Of a stretch of 64,000 bases of DNA, positions 20,610-30,096 are shown one piece after another (the first letter of the stretch is position 1; each line of letters starts with the position of its first letter). The notes below the pieces were generated by a model that did no database searches, was not told where the DNA came from, and was given only the letters and a program-made list of their open reading frames with translations. Position numbers and translations under genes: made by a program. The stretch comes from Nitrospirota bacterium (lineage in GTDB: Bacteria > Nitrospirota > Nitrospiria > Nitrospirales > Nitrospiraceae), in assembly GCA_963701855.1 (NCBI GenBank), contig CAVPBK010000011.1:64001-128000 (forward strand), read 5' to 3'.

Positions 20610-21835
20610 CGTTGAAGTCGGTCTTTTTGTCTGACCGCATTCGGCACAAAGAGCATCCGAAGCCCATCCAAGGCCCGCTCCAAGGTATCGCCCTCGGCCG
20701 TATGCTCTTCAACGGCGAGGGCCAACGTATCGGCCCGCGCCGCTGACGCGGCTTTGAAGATATTCTCAATATCCGTTTGTATCAAATCCTGGTCGAGGCT
20801 CTCATAGAGCACTTGCAGGGATAAGGAATCGACGAGCAAGGTAATACTGTGGGCGTTGCCATAGTCGCGAAAGGGGTTTGGGAGACCTTCTACAAGCGGC
20901 TGGCCTTCAATCAGCACAGCCTGTACCGGCCCATGTACGCCGGAATTGGCGACAAGCTGCACGTCGCCACCCGTGACACTGGACCCAAAGAATTGGGTGA
21001 TCTTTTGAAACGCCCCGTCGGTCCGCGTCACGCCTCCTGTCAATCCACCTGTTGGCAAACTGGCCGTCCCCGTCGTCTGAAACTGCCCCGCAACCTGAAT
21101 CACGGCCGGCTGATACCAGGACAGCGTTTGCACGTTGGCCGGTGACCCACTGCGTGTGAGATTACCCGCAGGGTCGAACTCCACAAACTTCGCGTCCATC
21201 GCGTCGATGAGCTGTTTGATACGGATCTCTTCCGTGAGCACCGGGGTCACGCCGCCAACCTGCCCTATACCTGCTCCATTAAAGATGTATGTGTGTTGAA
21301 TGTCGTTCGTGTGGAGTTCGGTAAAGACCGTTGCGAGATGCCCGCCAAGGGAATAACCCGTCACGTTGAGAATGGCGCCAGGCGGAAGTTTCAGCGGATT
21401 CGCTTTCAGCTCCTGATAGTACCGCTCCATACTCACCAATTGCCCTAAGGCAAACCCTCCTCCAGCGATCTCACCTGCCGCACCCCCTTGCCCATCCCGC
21501 TCATAGTCGCCACCCTGTGCTTGGTTCTGGTACTCCAAACTGCGGAAGGACAGGGTGTACGTGTTGGTCGTGGTATCTTTCAGCAGCGTGGCCGAAAATC
21601 CTGTGGCATCGTTGGCGTGGTGGTCGATGATGTCGTATTTCGTGATAAATCGGTCAGCAAGCACGTTGGTAAACCGGGTAGCTCCAAGAAGCGGTCCAGT
21701 AGGCGGATCAAAACCGAATCTGTTATTCCCTCGAGTCAATTGCGATTGGAGACCGCCAGGATCATTCAAGTAGCTCTCGGCAGCCATTTGCTGAAGCGCG
21801 AAGTCTAGCCAAGTAGAAATCTGTGACTGTGGCAT
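20606..21835 (-). CDS. Giant lipase-RTX protein, N-terminal alpha/beta-hydrolase (lipase class 3-like) domain
   Basis: Nucleophile elbow VTGYSLGGHLA, upstream LSFRSLE, downstream FNGAG, candidate His in NAHSI; no signal peptide; RBS GGGGGTG before the ATG at 21835. Confidence 0.85.
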   Translation of the reverse strand: MPQSQISTWLDFALQQMAAESYLNDPGGLQSQLTRGNNRFGFDPPTGPLLGATRFTNVLADRFITKYDIIDHHANDATGFSATLLKDTTTNTYTLSFRSLEYQNQAQGGDYERDGQGGAAGEIAGGGFALGQLVSMERYYQELKANPLKLPPGAILNVTGYSLGGHLATVFTELHTNDIQHTYIFNGAGIGQVGGVTPVLTEEIRIKQLIDAMDAKFVEFDPAGNLTRSGSPANVQTLSWYQPAVIQVAGQFQTTGTASLPTGGLTGGVTRTDGAFQKITQFFGSSVTGGDVQLVANSGVHGPVQAVLIEGQPLVEGLPNPFRDYGNAHSITLLVDSLSLQVLYESLDQDLIQTDIENIFKAASAARADTLALAVEEHTAEGDTLERALDGLRMLFVPNAVRQKDRLQR

Positions 21836-21847
21836 GGTGAGCACCCC

Positions 21848-22771
21848 CTACTTTTGCTCGGCGATCGGTCTCAAGATTTTTTGAATAAACTGCGAGGAGC
21901 TCAATGCTTTCTTGACAGGACATACCTGTCCCCCCAGCCACCAAATACCCGTGAGATTTCGTACGCCACCGCTGCGAATGAATCCACGGCGGACGCCTAG
22001 GACATCATTGGTTTGAAGATCCATTACTAATAGTTCTCCTCCCACAATTCCAAGCTCTCGATCATGCGGGCGTGGAATCCCTCTCCAAATGTAGCCATAC
22101 CGGCTTTTCAGCGAAAGCACACCTTCCGTTTTCACAATGTAGGGGACACGATGACTTCGTGTTCCATCCATGTAGACATAGTCTTTCTTACTTTCTTTCT
22201 CGGAGCCTCGAAAATACCGCACGTATGGCTGTGAAGAGTCCTTCTCATCCTTTGTGTGCGGTAATTCCATGAACTGGTACTGACCAAACGGCGGCTGCAC
22301 GAAATAGTCATGTGGATTGGGGTCATCAGTAGCATCATATGGGTCCTCCAACGCGTACAGATGCTCCAACTCATAATCTGACGCCTCTTTTCGCGGTCGC
22401 ATCATATAAATCCCTTCCACATTCTCCACCGTCTTGTAGATAAACTCCCCCGCTTCCGTCTTGCAGAGATGGTCGAAGTACTCCTGTGGCGTCATGCCCG
22501 GCTTGTAGCCACTGTCCTCCGGCACGGGGTTGGGAATCTTGATCGAATGCGCGAAGCGCCCTTCTTCCGTCGCCAGAGGATCGGCGGGCTTGAGCTTCAG
22601 GATGTCACACCGCCGATTGGCCGTATCGATCTTGTGCGTCGCGCAGTACTCGGCCTTCTTCTTCATCGCCTTCTCGAATCGCTCGCCAGGTGTCTCACCG
22701 TTCGCCACATTGACTTGACCAAGTAGCGTGAGTAGGCATCCGAGTACGAACAAACTGGCAATCTTATGCAT
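21848..22771 (-). CDS. Exported protein directly upstream of the lipase-RTX gene; candidate immunity or anchor protein
   Basis: Sec signal MHKIASLFVLGCLLTLLGQVNVANG; several Cys; motifs LCKTEAGEFIYKTVENVEG and LEDPY; 12-bp gap to the lipase gene. Confidence 0.8.
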   Translation of the reverse strand: MHKIASLFVLGCLLTLLGQVNVANGETPGERFEKAMKKKAEYCATHKIDTANRRCDILKLKPADPLATEEGRFAHSIKIPNPVPEDSGYKPGMTPQEYFDHLCKTEAGEFIYKTVENVEGIYMMRPRKEASDYELEHLYALEDPYDATDDPNPHDYFVQPPFGQYQFMELPHTKDEKDSSQPYVRYFRGSEKESKKDYVYMDGTRSHRVPYIVKTEGVLSLKSRYGYIWRGIPRPHDRELGIVGGELLVMDLQTNDVLGVRRGFIRSGGVRNLTGIWWLGGQVCPVKKALSSSQFIQKILRPIAEQK

Positions 22772-22815
22772 GGTCACCCCATCATCGAAATAGAAGTATT
22801 TCGGAACCAATACTG

Positions 22816-23223
22816 TCGGAACCTAAACGGTGTCAGGAACAGTTTTCTACGAGTACTTTCCGGGGACGGCCTTCATTGCGTATCGTGGAGACGAGACCGA
22901 ACCGCTCGATCGTCGCGGCCACCCATTCCAGTTCGCCGAATGGCTGACTGCGGACCACACTCTGCCGCAGACGCCTCAGCTCCTCTCCCGCTTCGTCCGC
23001 ATTCACCCAGCCCACCCAATCGGAACCTAAACGGTGTCAGGAACAGTTTTCCATGAGTACTTTCCGGGGACGGCCTTCATTGCGTATCGTGGAGACGAGA
23101 CCGAACCGCTCGATCGTCGCGGCCACCCATTTCAGTTCGCCGAATGGCTGACTGCGGACCACACTCTGCCGCAGACGCCTCAGCTCCTCTCCCGCTTCGT
23201 CCGCATTCACCCAGCCCACCCAA
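22816..23223. repeat. 204-bp tandem duplication of the transposase 3' end plus terminal repeat
   Basis: 22816-23019 and 23020-23223 are near-identical, with a few substitutions (ttctac/ttccat, cattcc/catttc). Confidence 0.95.
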
Positions 23224-23782
23224 TCAGTCGGTCGCGCGATTGGCCACTCACTCACCAAGGTGTGCTGCTGGGTGCCTCCGTTGGTCTTTCGCCACAGGCT
23301 ACTCCACTGCCACGCTTCCGCTCGCTCAACCAGTCCAGCTCGGAGTGCGTTGCGCTCCACGTAGCGACACACTGTCACCAGATGCTCGTCCGTCTGGACT
23401 ACGAAGGATTTGAACCGGCCTTGATAGAGATGTCCTGTTCCCACCGTCTGCCGATGGGTATGCCACCGCTGCGTATGGGTGAGCGTGAGCCAGTTCATAA
23501 ATCGCGACAGGTCGCCATCCTGTTGTGGCCAGACGACGAGATGCCAGTGGTTGGGCATGACACAGTAGGCCAACAGTCGCATCGACACGCGTTCACAGGC
23601 CTGCATCAAGACCCGTTCAAATGCACTAAAGTCGCCGTCGTCGTCGAACAGACGCTGTCGCCCATTCGCGCGATTCAGCACGTGATAGACCAGCCCGCCA
23701 GGTGCAACTCGTAAGGGGCGTCCCATTGTGATCGCTACGCCATCTTCCTTAGGCAGTTAGAAAACTGTTCCTGACACCGTTT
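23029..23782 (-). mobile_element. RAYT-type element bounded by 22-bp inverted repeats
   Basis: AAACGGTGTCAGGAACAGTTTT at 23029-23050 (and 22825-22846); exact reverse complement at 23761-23782. Confidence 0.85.
23037..23726 (-). CDS. REP-associated tyrosine transposase (Y1 HUH, IS200-like fold)
   Basis: YHVLNR, YCVMPNHWH (HUH), GHLYQGRFKS, YVERN (catalytic Tyr) and WQWSS motifs. Confidence 0.92.
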   Translation of the reverse strand: MGRPLRVAPGGLVYHVLNRANGRQRLFDDDGDFSAFERVLMQACERVSMRLLAYCVMPNHWHLVVWPQQDGDLSRFMNWLTLTHTQRWHTHRQTVGTGHLYQGRFKSFVVQTDEHLVTVCRYVERNALRAGLVERAEAWQWSSLWRKTNGGTQQHTLVSEWPIARPTDWVGWVNADEAGEELRRLRQSVVRSQPFGELKWVAATIERFGLVSTIRNEGRPRKVLMENCS

Positions 23783-23787
23783 CTTTG

Positions 23788-24813
23788 TCATTGGCCTCCT
23801 ATACACACATTCATGACCTGTACTCGATATCGTGGATCACGCAGATTGGGATCCCATGGATTCTTGATAAAAGCAAGCTTGCAGCCATCCGGGGAGACAA
23901 TGCCCCAGTCCACGACGTAAGGAAGAATCCTGGCAACGTTCTCCACCTGTATCTGATAGAGACCGGCCTTCCCGACATTCCCCAAACCAGGGTGGCTGCG
24001 GGAGATGAAATAAAGGCCCCCTTTTGTCAAAAGAAACTGCGTCCATCCAATTTGTGCCCAAGGCTTGCCGTCTGGGGAGAAAATCTGCTCTAGCTTGCCA
24101 CTCGGATGAAGCAACCAGAGGGGGGGAGCATCAGGCGTACTCCTATCACCACGAAGTAGATAGGCATCCATAAAAGGATAATATGTGATGCTGGGATTGA
24201 CATAGCGACTTTCCAAGCCCAGCGAGATCGGCTGTGTGGCATCAGTTCGATAATAGAGCATGGGCAACTTACTCCGACGGTCCTCCCCGTCGACCCCCCG
24301 ATCGATGTAACCATGCTCATCGAGCAGCGGAACCTTGGAGGTTGATGTGTGCCCATTAACAACCCAGAGAGGCGGGTGAGTTGTCGCAGGACGACAACTG
24401 ATCGGATGAATCCATACTCCCTCAGGAAGCGTGACTTCCTCTCCACCGACAAACGCCCGGCGTTTTGAGCTTTTCCCATCCGCCGAATAACGCACAACAT
24501 AGGACTTGGTATGGCCATTGATGCATTCCGGCGAAGCGTGTTCGAACCGTGGATCCTTTTCCACTGTGTCACGCTCGATATCCCAGACGTAGTAACCGTG
24601 GTTGAGCAACCGTATTTCCGTTCCAGGGCCAAACTCACGCCCTGTAAATCCGAGAAACAGCACGTGGGTATTGTCGAGCCAGTACGGCTGCCTATCATCT
24701 GCTGAGATGGCTGCTTCTTTAACAGGAAACGTCATGGCGGTCGCTCCCCAGGCACAGGACCACAAGTTGAGACAGCACACTCCGATTACGACGCGCATGG
24801 TCTGTAGTGTCAT
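23788..24813 (-). CDS. Exported hypothetical protein, possibly beta-propeller-like
   Basis: N-terminal hydrophobic signal-like segment; C-terminal VSPDGCKLAF TolB-like motif; GAGGA RBS; same strand as the lipase operon. Confidence 0.75.
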   Translation of the reverse strand: MTLQTMRVVIGVCCLNLWSCAWGATAMTFPVKEAAISADDRQPYWLDNTHVLFLGFTGREFGPGTEIRLLNHGYYVWDIERDTVEKDPRFEHASPECINGHTKSYVVRYSADGKSSKRRAFVGGEEVTLPEGVWIHPISCRPATTHPPLWVVNGHTSTSKVPLLDEHGYIDRGVDGEDRRSKLPMLYYRTDATQPISLGLESRYVNPSITYYPFMDAYLLRGDRSTPDAPPLWLLHPSGKLEQIFSPDGKPWAQIGWTQFLLTKGGLYFISRSHPGLGNVGKAGLYQIQVENVARILPYVVDWGIVSPDGCKLAFIKNPWDPNLRDPRYRVQVMNVCIGGQ

Positions 24814-25166
24814 TGCATCCTCTGTCTGTAGTGATGTCAGTCATCGATGACGACCATCTGAGAAATACTTCCATTTATTCGATGTCCTATCTTAAAAAGT
24901 GGCGCACTTGTAAGTAATGCCAGCCCATACTGTCAAACCCCCACGCCAACCAATTGCTGGCCGGTTTCATCCAACCTGTCGTCAAAGCTGAGCGTCGGAT
25001 GATTCGCATAATCGTTGACGAGCACGTTAATCATTGCCTCCCCCATCCAGTGGCACTAGAATCTGGAACAATTTACTCGCACAACCCTGGACCTGATCGC
25101 TGTCGATTCGTTGTCTACTCACGTATTCAATATCTCTCATCCTCGGTGTACAGACAGACGATCAGT

Positions 25167-26858
25167 CTATGAGCGCAGTGAAACTGGTTGCTCCATGTGG
25201 AGCAACAGCGACTCGCACTCCTGCGCGTCGTGTTCGCCTTTCCCTCTTCCTATGTTCCCCTGGCCGCTCTCCTCGCTCGCGCCTTGTTCGCCCGTGAGCT
25301 GCTCGATCACAGAATGGGCACGCGTCCGAAACGTCTGGTACGCGTGCATGTGCTGCCTCGCCAAATCCTTGACTGTGGTCACCTGCCTATTCTGTAGGTC
25401 GCGATTTAAGGCCACGGTAAGGGGCCCGAAGGCTGACGACGGCGTGCTCACACTCACTAGGCGGCGATGCAATTCCGCCAAGGTGTCCGTCGCCGGCCGG
25501 AGGGCCGACAGTGACACCTCCTGTTGAGTCAGGTGGACAAGATGCGCTGCCTGGGCTACCAGCTGGTCGACAATCGGACTTAGGGCTCGGAAGCAGTCCT
25601 GCTGATCGGACAGGTCCGGCGGCCCCTCTGTCTGAGCGACGTAACTTCGTCGTCCGCCCAACGTTTCATACCAGAAGCGCCGCCAGAACGTTCGATACCA
25701 GAGGGAACTCTCATCGTGTCGGCCGGCCCGTTGACGATAGTCGTTCAGTCCGTCGGCATCGAGCTCCGATTCATAGACCTGGACACCTGCCCAAGACGAT
25801 GGAAACGGAGCGTGGCCGAGCACATGCAACGCTAGCTCCGCTACCTGTTCGGGGACGATCTGATCCTGACTAGCCGTTTGCGAGTGAAGAGGATCTGGTT
25901 GGATGACCCAATGCCCTGGCCCATAGGGCCCTGTCTCCCAAAATGAAATGGGGCCCAGCGACAGGTTGAGCACTCGGACTCCAACGGCTGCCGCCATGTG
26001 CATGGTGCCTGTATCATTCGTGAGAAGGAGGTGGCAATGCCGGAGCAGCGCGGCCAATTGGGCGAGATCCGTCCGTCCTGTCCTGTCATCGATCGTTCCA
26101 GTTCCTCCGGCTGCCCGGTACGTCAGGGCTGCCTGCTTGGTCATACCCGCCTCGTTCTCTGTTCCAGACAACACAAATTGGACTGGTATGCGTCGGCTGA
26201 TCGCAGCCATCGTGCGTCCGAATGACTCTGGTCTCCACGCTTTCACCGCCTGGCTTGCCCCCACTTGCACAGCGACCCGGAGCAGTCCACTCTCGTTCTT
26301 TGGGAATTCGACACGAGCCCAGTTCTCGGCGGAGGGAGGGATCGACAGATGAAGCGGTGTGGATGGACCGTGGCTGCTGCCGCCCAAGGCAAATAAATCC
26401 ACAAGATTGAACCGATTGACTCGCCTGTACTGCAAAATATCCGCAACATAGGTGAACCAGGGATTCCGTACCACCGACGTGCCTGCTGGGGTCATTACGA
26501 CGCCTCTGGTATCCGCAACGCCAAGCGCGGCGGCGAGCCACCCACTTCTCCTTGTGAAGGTCAGGTTGATGACGCAGTCATATTGGACGGCTCTGAAGGG
26601 TTCTGCCCAGCACGTCACCGTGTGCTTCAGCGCGCGGTGATCATTGCCATCTGGAACGTGTCCCAGCTGAGTGTGCATGTCATCAGAGAAAATCTGGCGT
26701 ATCCCAGGCAATAGTGCGGCCATGGGGGCACAGGGTCGATTCACCACCAGGTCGATGGCGCAGTCCGGACATTCTTCTCGTAATCGGTCCAGCAACGGCA
26801 CTGTCTGGACCAGATCCCCGATCCGGTTCATATTGAGAATGAGGATTTGTGTAGTCAC
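25167..26858 (-). CDS. Glycosyltransferase family 9 (heptosyltransferase-like) with C-terminal extension
   Basis: RIGDLVQTVP, GAS..VKAW, LLTNDTGTMHMAAAVG; GAGG RBS before a GTG start. Confidence 0.9.
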   Translation of the reverse strand: MTTQILILNMNRIGDLVQTVPLLDRLREECPDCAIDLVVNRPCAPMAALLPGIRQIFSDDMHTQLGHVPDGNDHRALKHTVTCWAEPFRAVQYDCVINLTFTRRSGWLAAALGVADTRGVVMTPAGTSVVRNPWFTYVADILQYRRVNRFNLVDLFALGGSSHGPSTPLHLSIPPSAENWARVEFPKNESGLLRVAVQVGASQAVKAWRPESFGRTMAAISRRIPVQFVLSGTENEAGMTKQAALTYRAAGGTGTIDDRTGRTDLAQLAALLRHCHLLLTNDTGTMHMAAAVGVRVLNLSLGPISFWETGPYGPGHWVIQPDPLHSQTASQDQIVPEQVAELALHVLGHAPFPSSWAGVQVYESELDADGLNDYRQRAGRHDESSLWYRTFWRRFWYETLGGRRSYVAQTEGPPDLSDQQDCFRALSPIVDQLVAQAAHLVHLTQQEVSLSALRPATDTLAELHRRLVSVSTPSSAFGPLTVALNRDLQNRQVTTVKDLARQHMHAYQTFRTRAHSVIEQLTGEQGASEESGQGNIGRGKGEHDAQECESLLLHMEQPVSLRS

Positions 26859-27053
26859 TGCGGTAGTGACCTCCTCTCGTCTGTTGAGTTTCTATCACGA
26901 GTACTTGACGGATAAGATCTGCGTATCAAGTATCTCCTCAGATCACCAACTATTAGGTGCGCACTCCTGCTTCCAGCGTTCTCCAATACGACCGATGTCT
27001 GTCACATCTTGCGCGACATCGCTCATGCACGAGACGGCTTACGTCGCCACTCC

Positions 27054-28289
27054 TTAGGACCGATTGACCCCCGTGGTTGTGAAACTTCCGGCATTACTCG
27101 TGACCTTCTCCATCAACGACAGAAATTGAGGGGTCGTGCGGTCAAGGCTGTGTTCACGCTCGATCAGCGCACGTCCCGCTTGACCCAGCTTGCGATACTG
27201 CATGGGGTCGCGCAAGACTCGGATCGCATGATCGGCTAGACCGTCCACGTCGAAAAAATCTCCAAGCAAGCCGGTGTGCCCGTGCTCGATGACTTCCCGG
27301 ACTGGCGCCACATCCGAAGCTAACACGGTACATTCACAGGCCAGCGCATTGAGCAACGACCATGAGAGGACGAAGGGCACCGTGAGATAAATGTGCAGAT
27401 CGCTCAACGACAGAAGGTCGGCGAGCTGTGCTTTCTGGAGCATACCCAGAAAGCGAAAGCGCGTCAGATCAGGCTGTTCGGTTTGAATGACGTGCTCGCG
27501 GAATGTCTTCGTCTTGATATGGTTCAGATCGTTGCCGTAGCAGACCCGATCGGATCCCACGACGACGAACAGCACATTGCGCATCTCCTGCGCAATCCGG
27601 TTGGCGACGCGCACAAAAATATCGAACCCGCGCATCGCTTCAAGCCCGCGGGCGACGTAGGTCACGATGCGCACATCGTCGTCGATCACTTCGTCTCCGA
27701 TGCGCCGAGGGACCGCTCTCCGCTTCCACTGCTCCGTATCAATGCCGTCATGCAGCACCTCAAGTTTGGGCTGCCACTCTTTAGGAAACAGGCTCTTTTG
27801 CCAGGCCGAAGAGGCATACCCCGCGATACAGCTTTGTAGGTCGAGGAGAATCATGGCGTTCCGCGCATAGGCACGGAGCCTGGAGATTTCTGAAGGGGGA
27901 AAGTCAGGACGGAAATCGAGATCGGACTGGTGGGCGTGATAGTAATATTCGAAGAGATTCACGATCGGGCAGCGATACAACTCCTGCAAGAATACCGTCG
28001 TTCCAAACCCGCTGTGCCCAATGATCACGTTTGGATTGAGCTGCGCCGATTCACACGCCTCGTAGATTGCGTGAGAAGACCAGACGGCATTCTCAAACGT
28101 GCGCGAGCAATAATGTGTCGACTCCGTAGCACCGCCGCGTAATGCAAAGGGAATACATATCACGCCATCACGCATGTCGCTCGCATTGTTCGAGAGGAAG
28201 ATACAGTCCAGATCCGGCTGTTTGGAGAGCCGAGATAGTAATGGGCCAAATTGGCCAGGAAAGTTTGGATGGACAAACGGGAGTTGCAT
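27054..28289 (-). CDS. Glycosyltransferase family 4 (HxNFPGQF subfamily)
   Basis: FVHPNFPGQF, IIGHSGFG, RGLEAMRGF, HIYLTVPFVLSWSLL.A.AC, ASDVAPVREVI. Confidence 0.92.
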   Translation of the reverse strand: MQLPFVHPNFPGQFGPLLSRLSKQPDLDCIFLSNNASDMRDGVICIPFALRGGATESTHYCSRTFENAVWSSHAIYEACESAQLNPNVIIGHSGFGTTVFLQELYRCPIVNLFEYYYHAHQSDLDFRPDFPPSEISRLRAYARNAMILLDLQSCIAGYASSAWQKSLFPKEWQPKLEVLHDGIDTEQWKRRAVPRRIGDEVIDDDVRIVTYVARGLEAMRGFDIFVRVANRIAQEMRNVLFVVVGSDRVCYGNDLNHIKTKTFREHVIQTEQPDLTRFRFLGMLQKAQLADLLSLSDLHIYLTVPFVLSWSLLNALACECTVLASDVAPVREVIEHGHTGLLGDFFDVDGLADHAIRVLRDPMQYRKLGQAGRALIEREHSLDRTTPQFLSLMEKVTSNAGSFTTTGVNRS

Positions 28290-28382
28290 GCCGATTATTC
28301 GTCCGCTCTCTGCAAGTTGGCTTCCGGGCACCCTCTAGATTCGCCGTCGTTCATCCTCCTGACACAATGACGGGCGTGCGCC

Positions 28383-28703
28383 CTATTTCGACTGGGGCTG
28401 ACTGGCCTCACGCACACCGACTAATACTTGCTGAATCTGCTGATGCAATCGCGCCAGCACATCCACGCCCATCGCCACGCGGGTGACGAGCGTACCGTCC
28501 AATCCTTTGGGCGCGGCTTGGCCATCCTTCGCCGTCTTGGCGATGGCGGCAAGCAGCGTAGGCTCGATGAAGCCAAAATCCACATAGGCGATCCCCTGCG
28601 CCACGCCGACGTTTGTATAGTTCGTTGCGCGCGGATGCGCGGAGGACTCGCTAGGTTTCAATCGAACATTCAACGCGATGGTCTTATCTTTGGTTTCACT
28701 CAT
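28383..28703 (-). CDS. Small conserved protein, DUF3467-like
   Basis: AAGGAG RBS; ATNYTNV..AQGIAYVDFGF...VTRVAM pattern. Confidence 0.75.
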   Translation of the reverse strand: MSETKDKTIALNVRLKPSESSAHPRATNYTNVGVAQGIAYVDFGFIEPTLLAAIAKTAKDGQAAPKGLDGTLVTRVAMGVDVLARLHQQIQQVLVGVREASQPQSK

Positions 28704-29023
28704 GCGAGTTGGCTCCTTGTGTGGGTGACGAGGGGGCGGGAGCGCTGTCGATGCGATGGCGGGTGATCAGGAAATACATGTATTTACTCTGTCTTCCTAA
28801 GTTAAAGGCAGGCGAATGTAACGAGGCATATGACCCTTGTCAAGAATTATTTCATGAGGTTCTTTCCGCTCACAGTGATAGCGATTTCGATGAACTGGAA
28901 AGAGTGGAAGGATGAAGAGAGTACCTGTATTTCACACCCATGCTAAAACCTTGTTGGCAATCGTCCTGTAGTGTCGTAAGATTTGTCCACCAACAGATAT
29001 CGCCTATTGGTCACATCTCCCCT

Positions 29024-29320
29024 ATGATGCCATCTGACCCAACAATGCTTGAGCGCTTTGCGCGAAAATACGTCTGGTGGACGACCGCGGATGTCGCGGT
29101 TACCATGCCGGAGCGCGTTGTGGCCCACGTCATGAACATTGGTGATTACGACGATGTGCAGACTCTGGCGACAGTCATGGGAGATGACTATCTCCGCGCG
29201 GTGTTGCAGCACGCGGAAATCGGTCAATTCACGCCCCGGTCATGGGCCTACTGGCATTACCGGCTTGGTTTGGCGGCGTCAAGCCATCTGCCTGCTATGC
29301 CCACACGGACATTCGCATGA
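29024..29320 (+). CDS. Putative antitoxin partner of the AbiEii nucleotidyltransferase
   Basis: ARKYVWW, VMNIGDYDD, SWAYWHYRL; ATGA overlap with the next gene. Start uncertain. Confidence 0.75.
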   Translation: MMPSDPTMLERFARKYVWWTTADVAVTMPERVVAHVMNIGDYDDVQTLATVMGDDYLRAVLQHAEIGQFTPRSWAYWHYRLGLAASSHLPAMPTRTFA

Positions 29321-30006
29321 TCGGCATCTTCACGCCTTGCCTGGAGATCTTGCCGAATGCGCAACGAGCGTTGTGGCCGGCGCTCCGTTCAGCATCGCGA
29401 CTGGGACTTGTGTTATACGGCGGGACCGCGATTGCCTTGAGGCTCGGCCATCGTTCGTCCGTCGATTATGACTTTTTCACAGACCAGCCGTTGAATAGGC
29501 AGGCGCTATATACGGCCTTTCCCTTTCTACATCAGGCCACGCTCCTCCAAGACACGCCAGATGCCCTGACGGCCCTCGTGCCCCCGAGTGCACCGACCGA
29601 TCAACACGTAAAGATTTCCTTCTTTGGGGCGCTGTCGTTTGGTCGAGTGGGTGTGCCGCAGTTGACCGATGATAGGATTGTACAAGTTGCTGCGTTCGAT
29701 GATCTGATGGCCACCAAAGTCAAGGTGATCTTGCAGCGGATCGAGGCCAAAGACTACCAAGATATCGCCGCGATGATCAGGTTCGGTATCAGCCTTTCAG
29801 AAGGACTTGCCGGTGCCCGAGCTTTGTACGGGCCTTCATTTCAACCAAGTGAAAGCCTGAAGGCCCTTGTGTATTTTGAAGGGGGCGACCTTCACCGGCT
29901 CACACAAGAAGAGCGGACACTTCTCATTGAGGCCGCCAGTTCTGTGCGTGCGCTGCCATCGGTCGGCATCCGAGGACATGCGCTGGCTCTCTCCGATGCC
30001 CTGTAA
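29317..30006 (+). CDS. AbiEii/AbiGii-family nucleotidyltransferase toxin (type IV TA)
   Basis: LYGGTAIALRLGHRSSVDYDFF, K...I.QR...KDY.DI. Confidence 0.9.
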   Translation: MIGIFTPCLEILPNAQRALWPALRSASRLGLVLYGGTAIALRLGHRSSVDYDFFTDQPLNRQALYTAFPFLHQATLLQDTPDALTALVPPSAPTDQHVKISFFGALSFGRVGVPQLTDDRIVQVAAFDDLMATKVKVILQRIEAKDYQDIAAMIRFGISLSEGLAGARALYGPSFQPSESLKALVYFEGGDLHRLTQEERTLLIEAASSVRALPSVGIRGHALALSDAL

Positions 30007-30096
30007 GACTCCCGTGCTTTTTCCTTATCATCTGCGATTACAGCGGAACGGCAATTGCTGAACAACTCGATCGAGAATTTCCATGAGTGAACGTGC

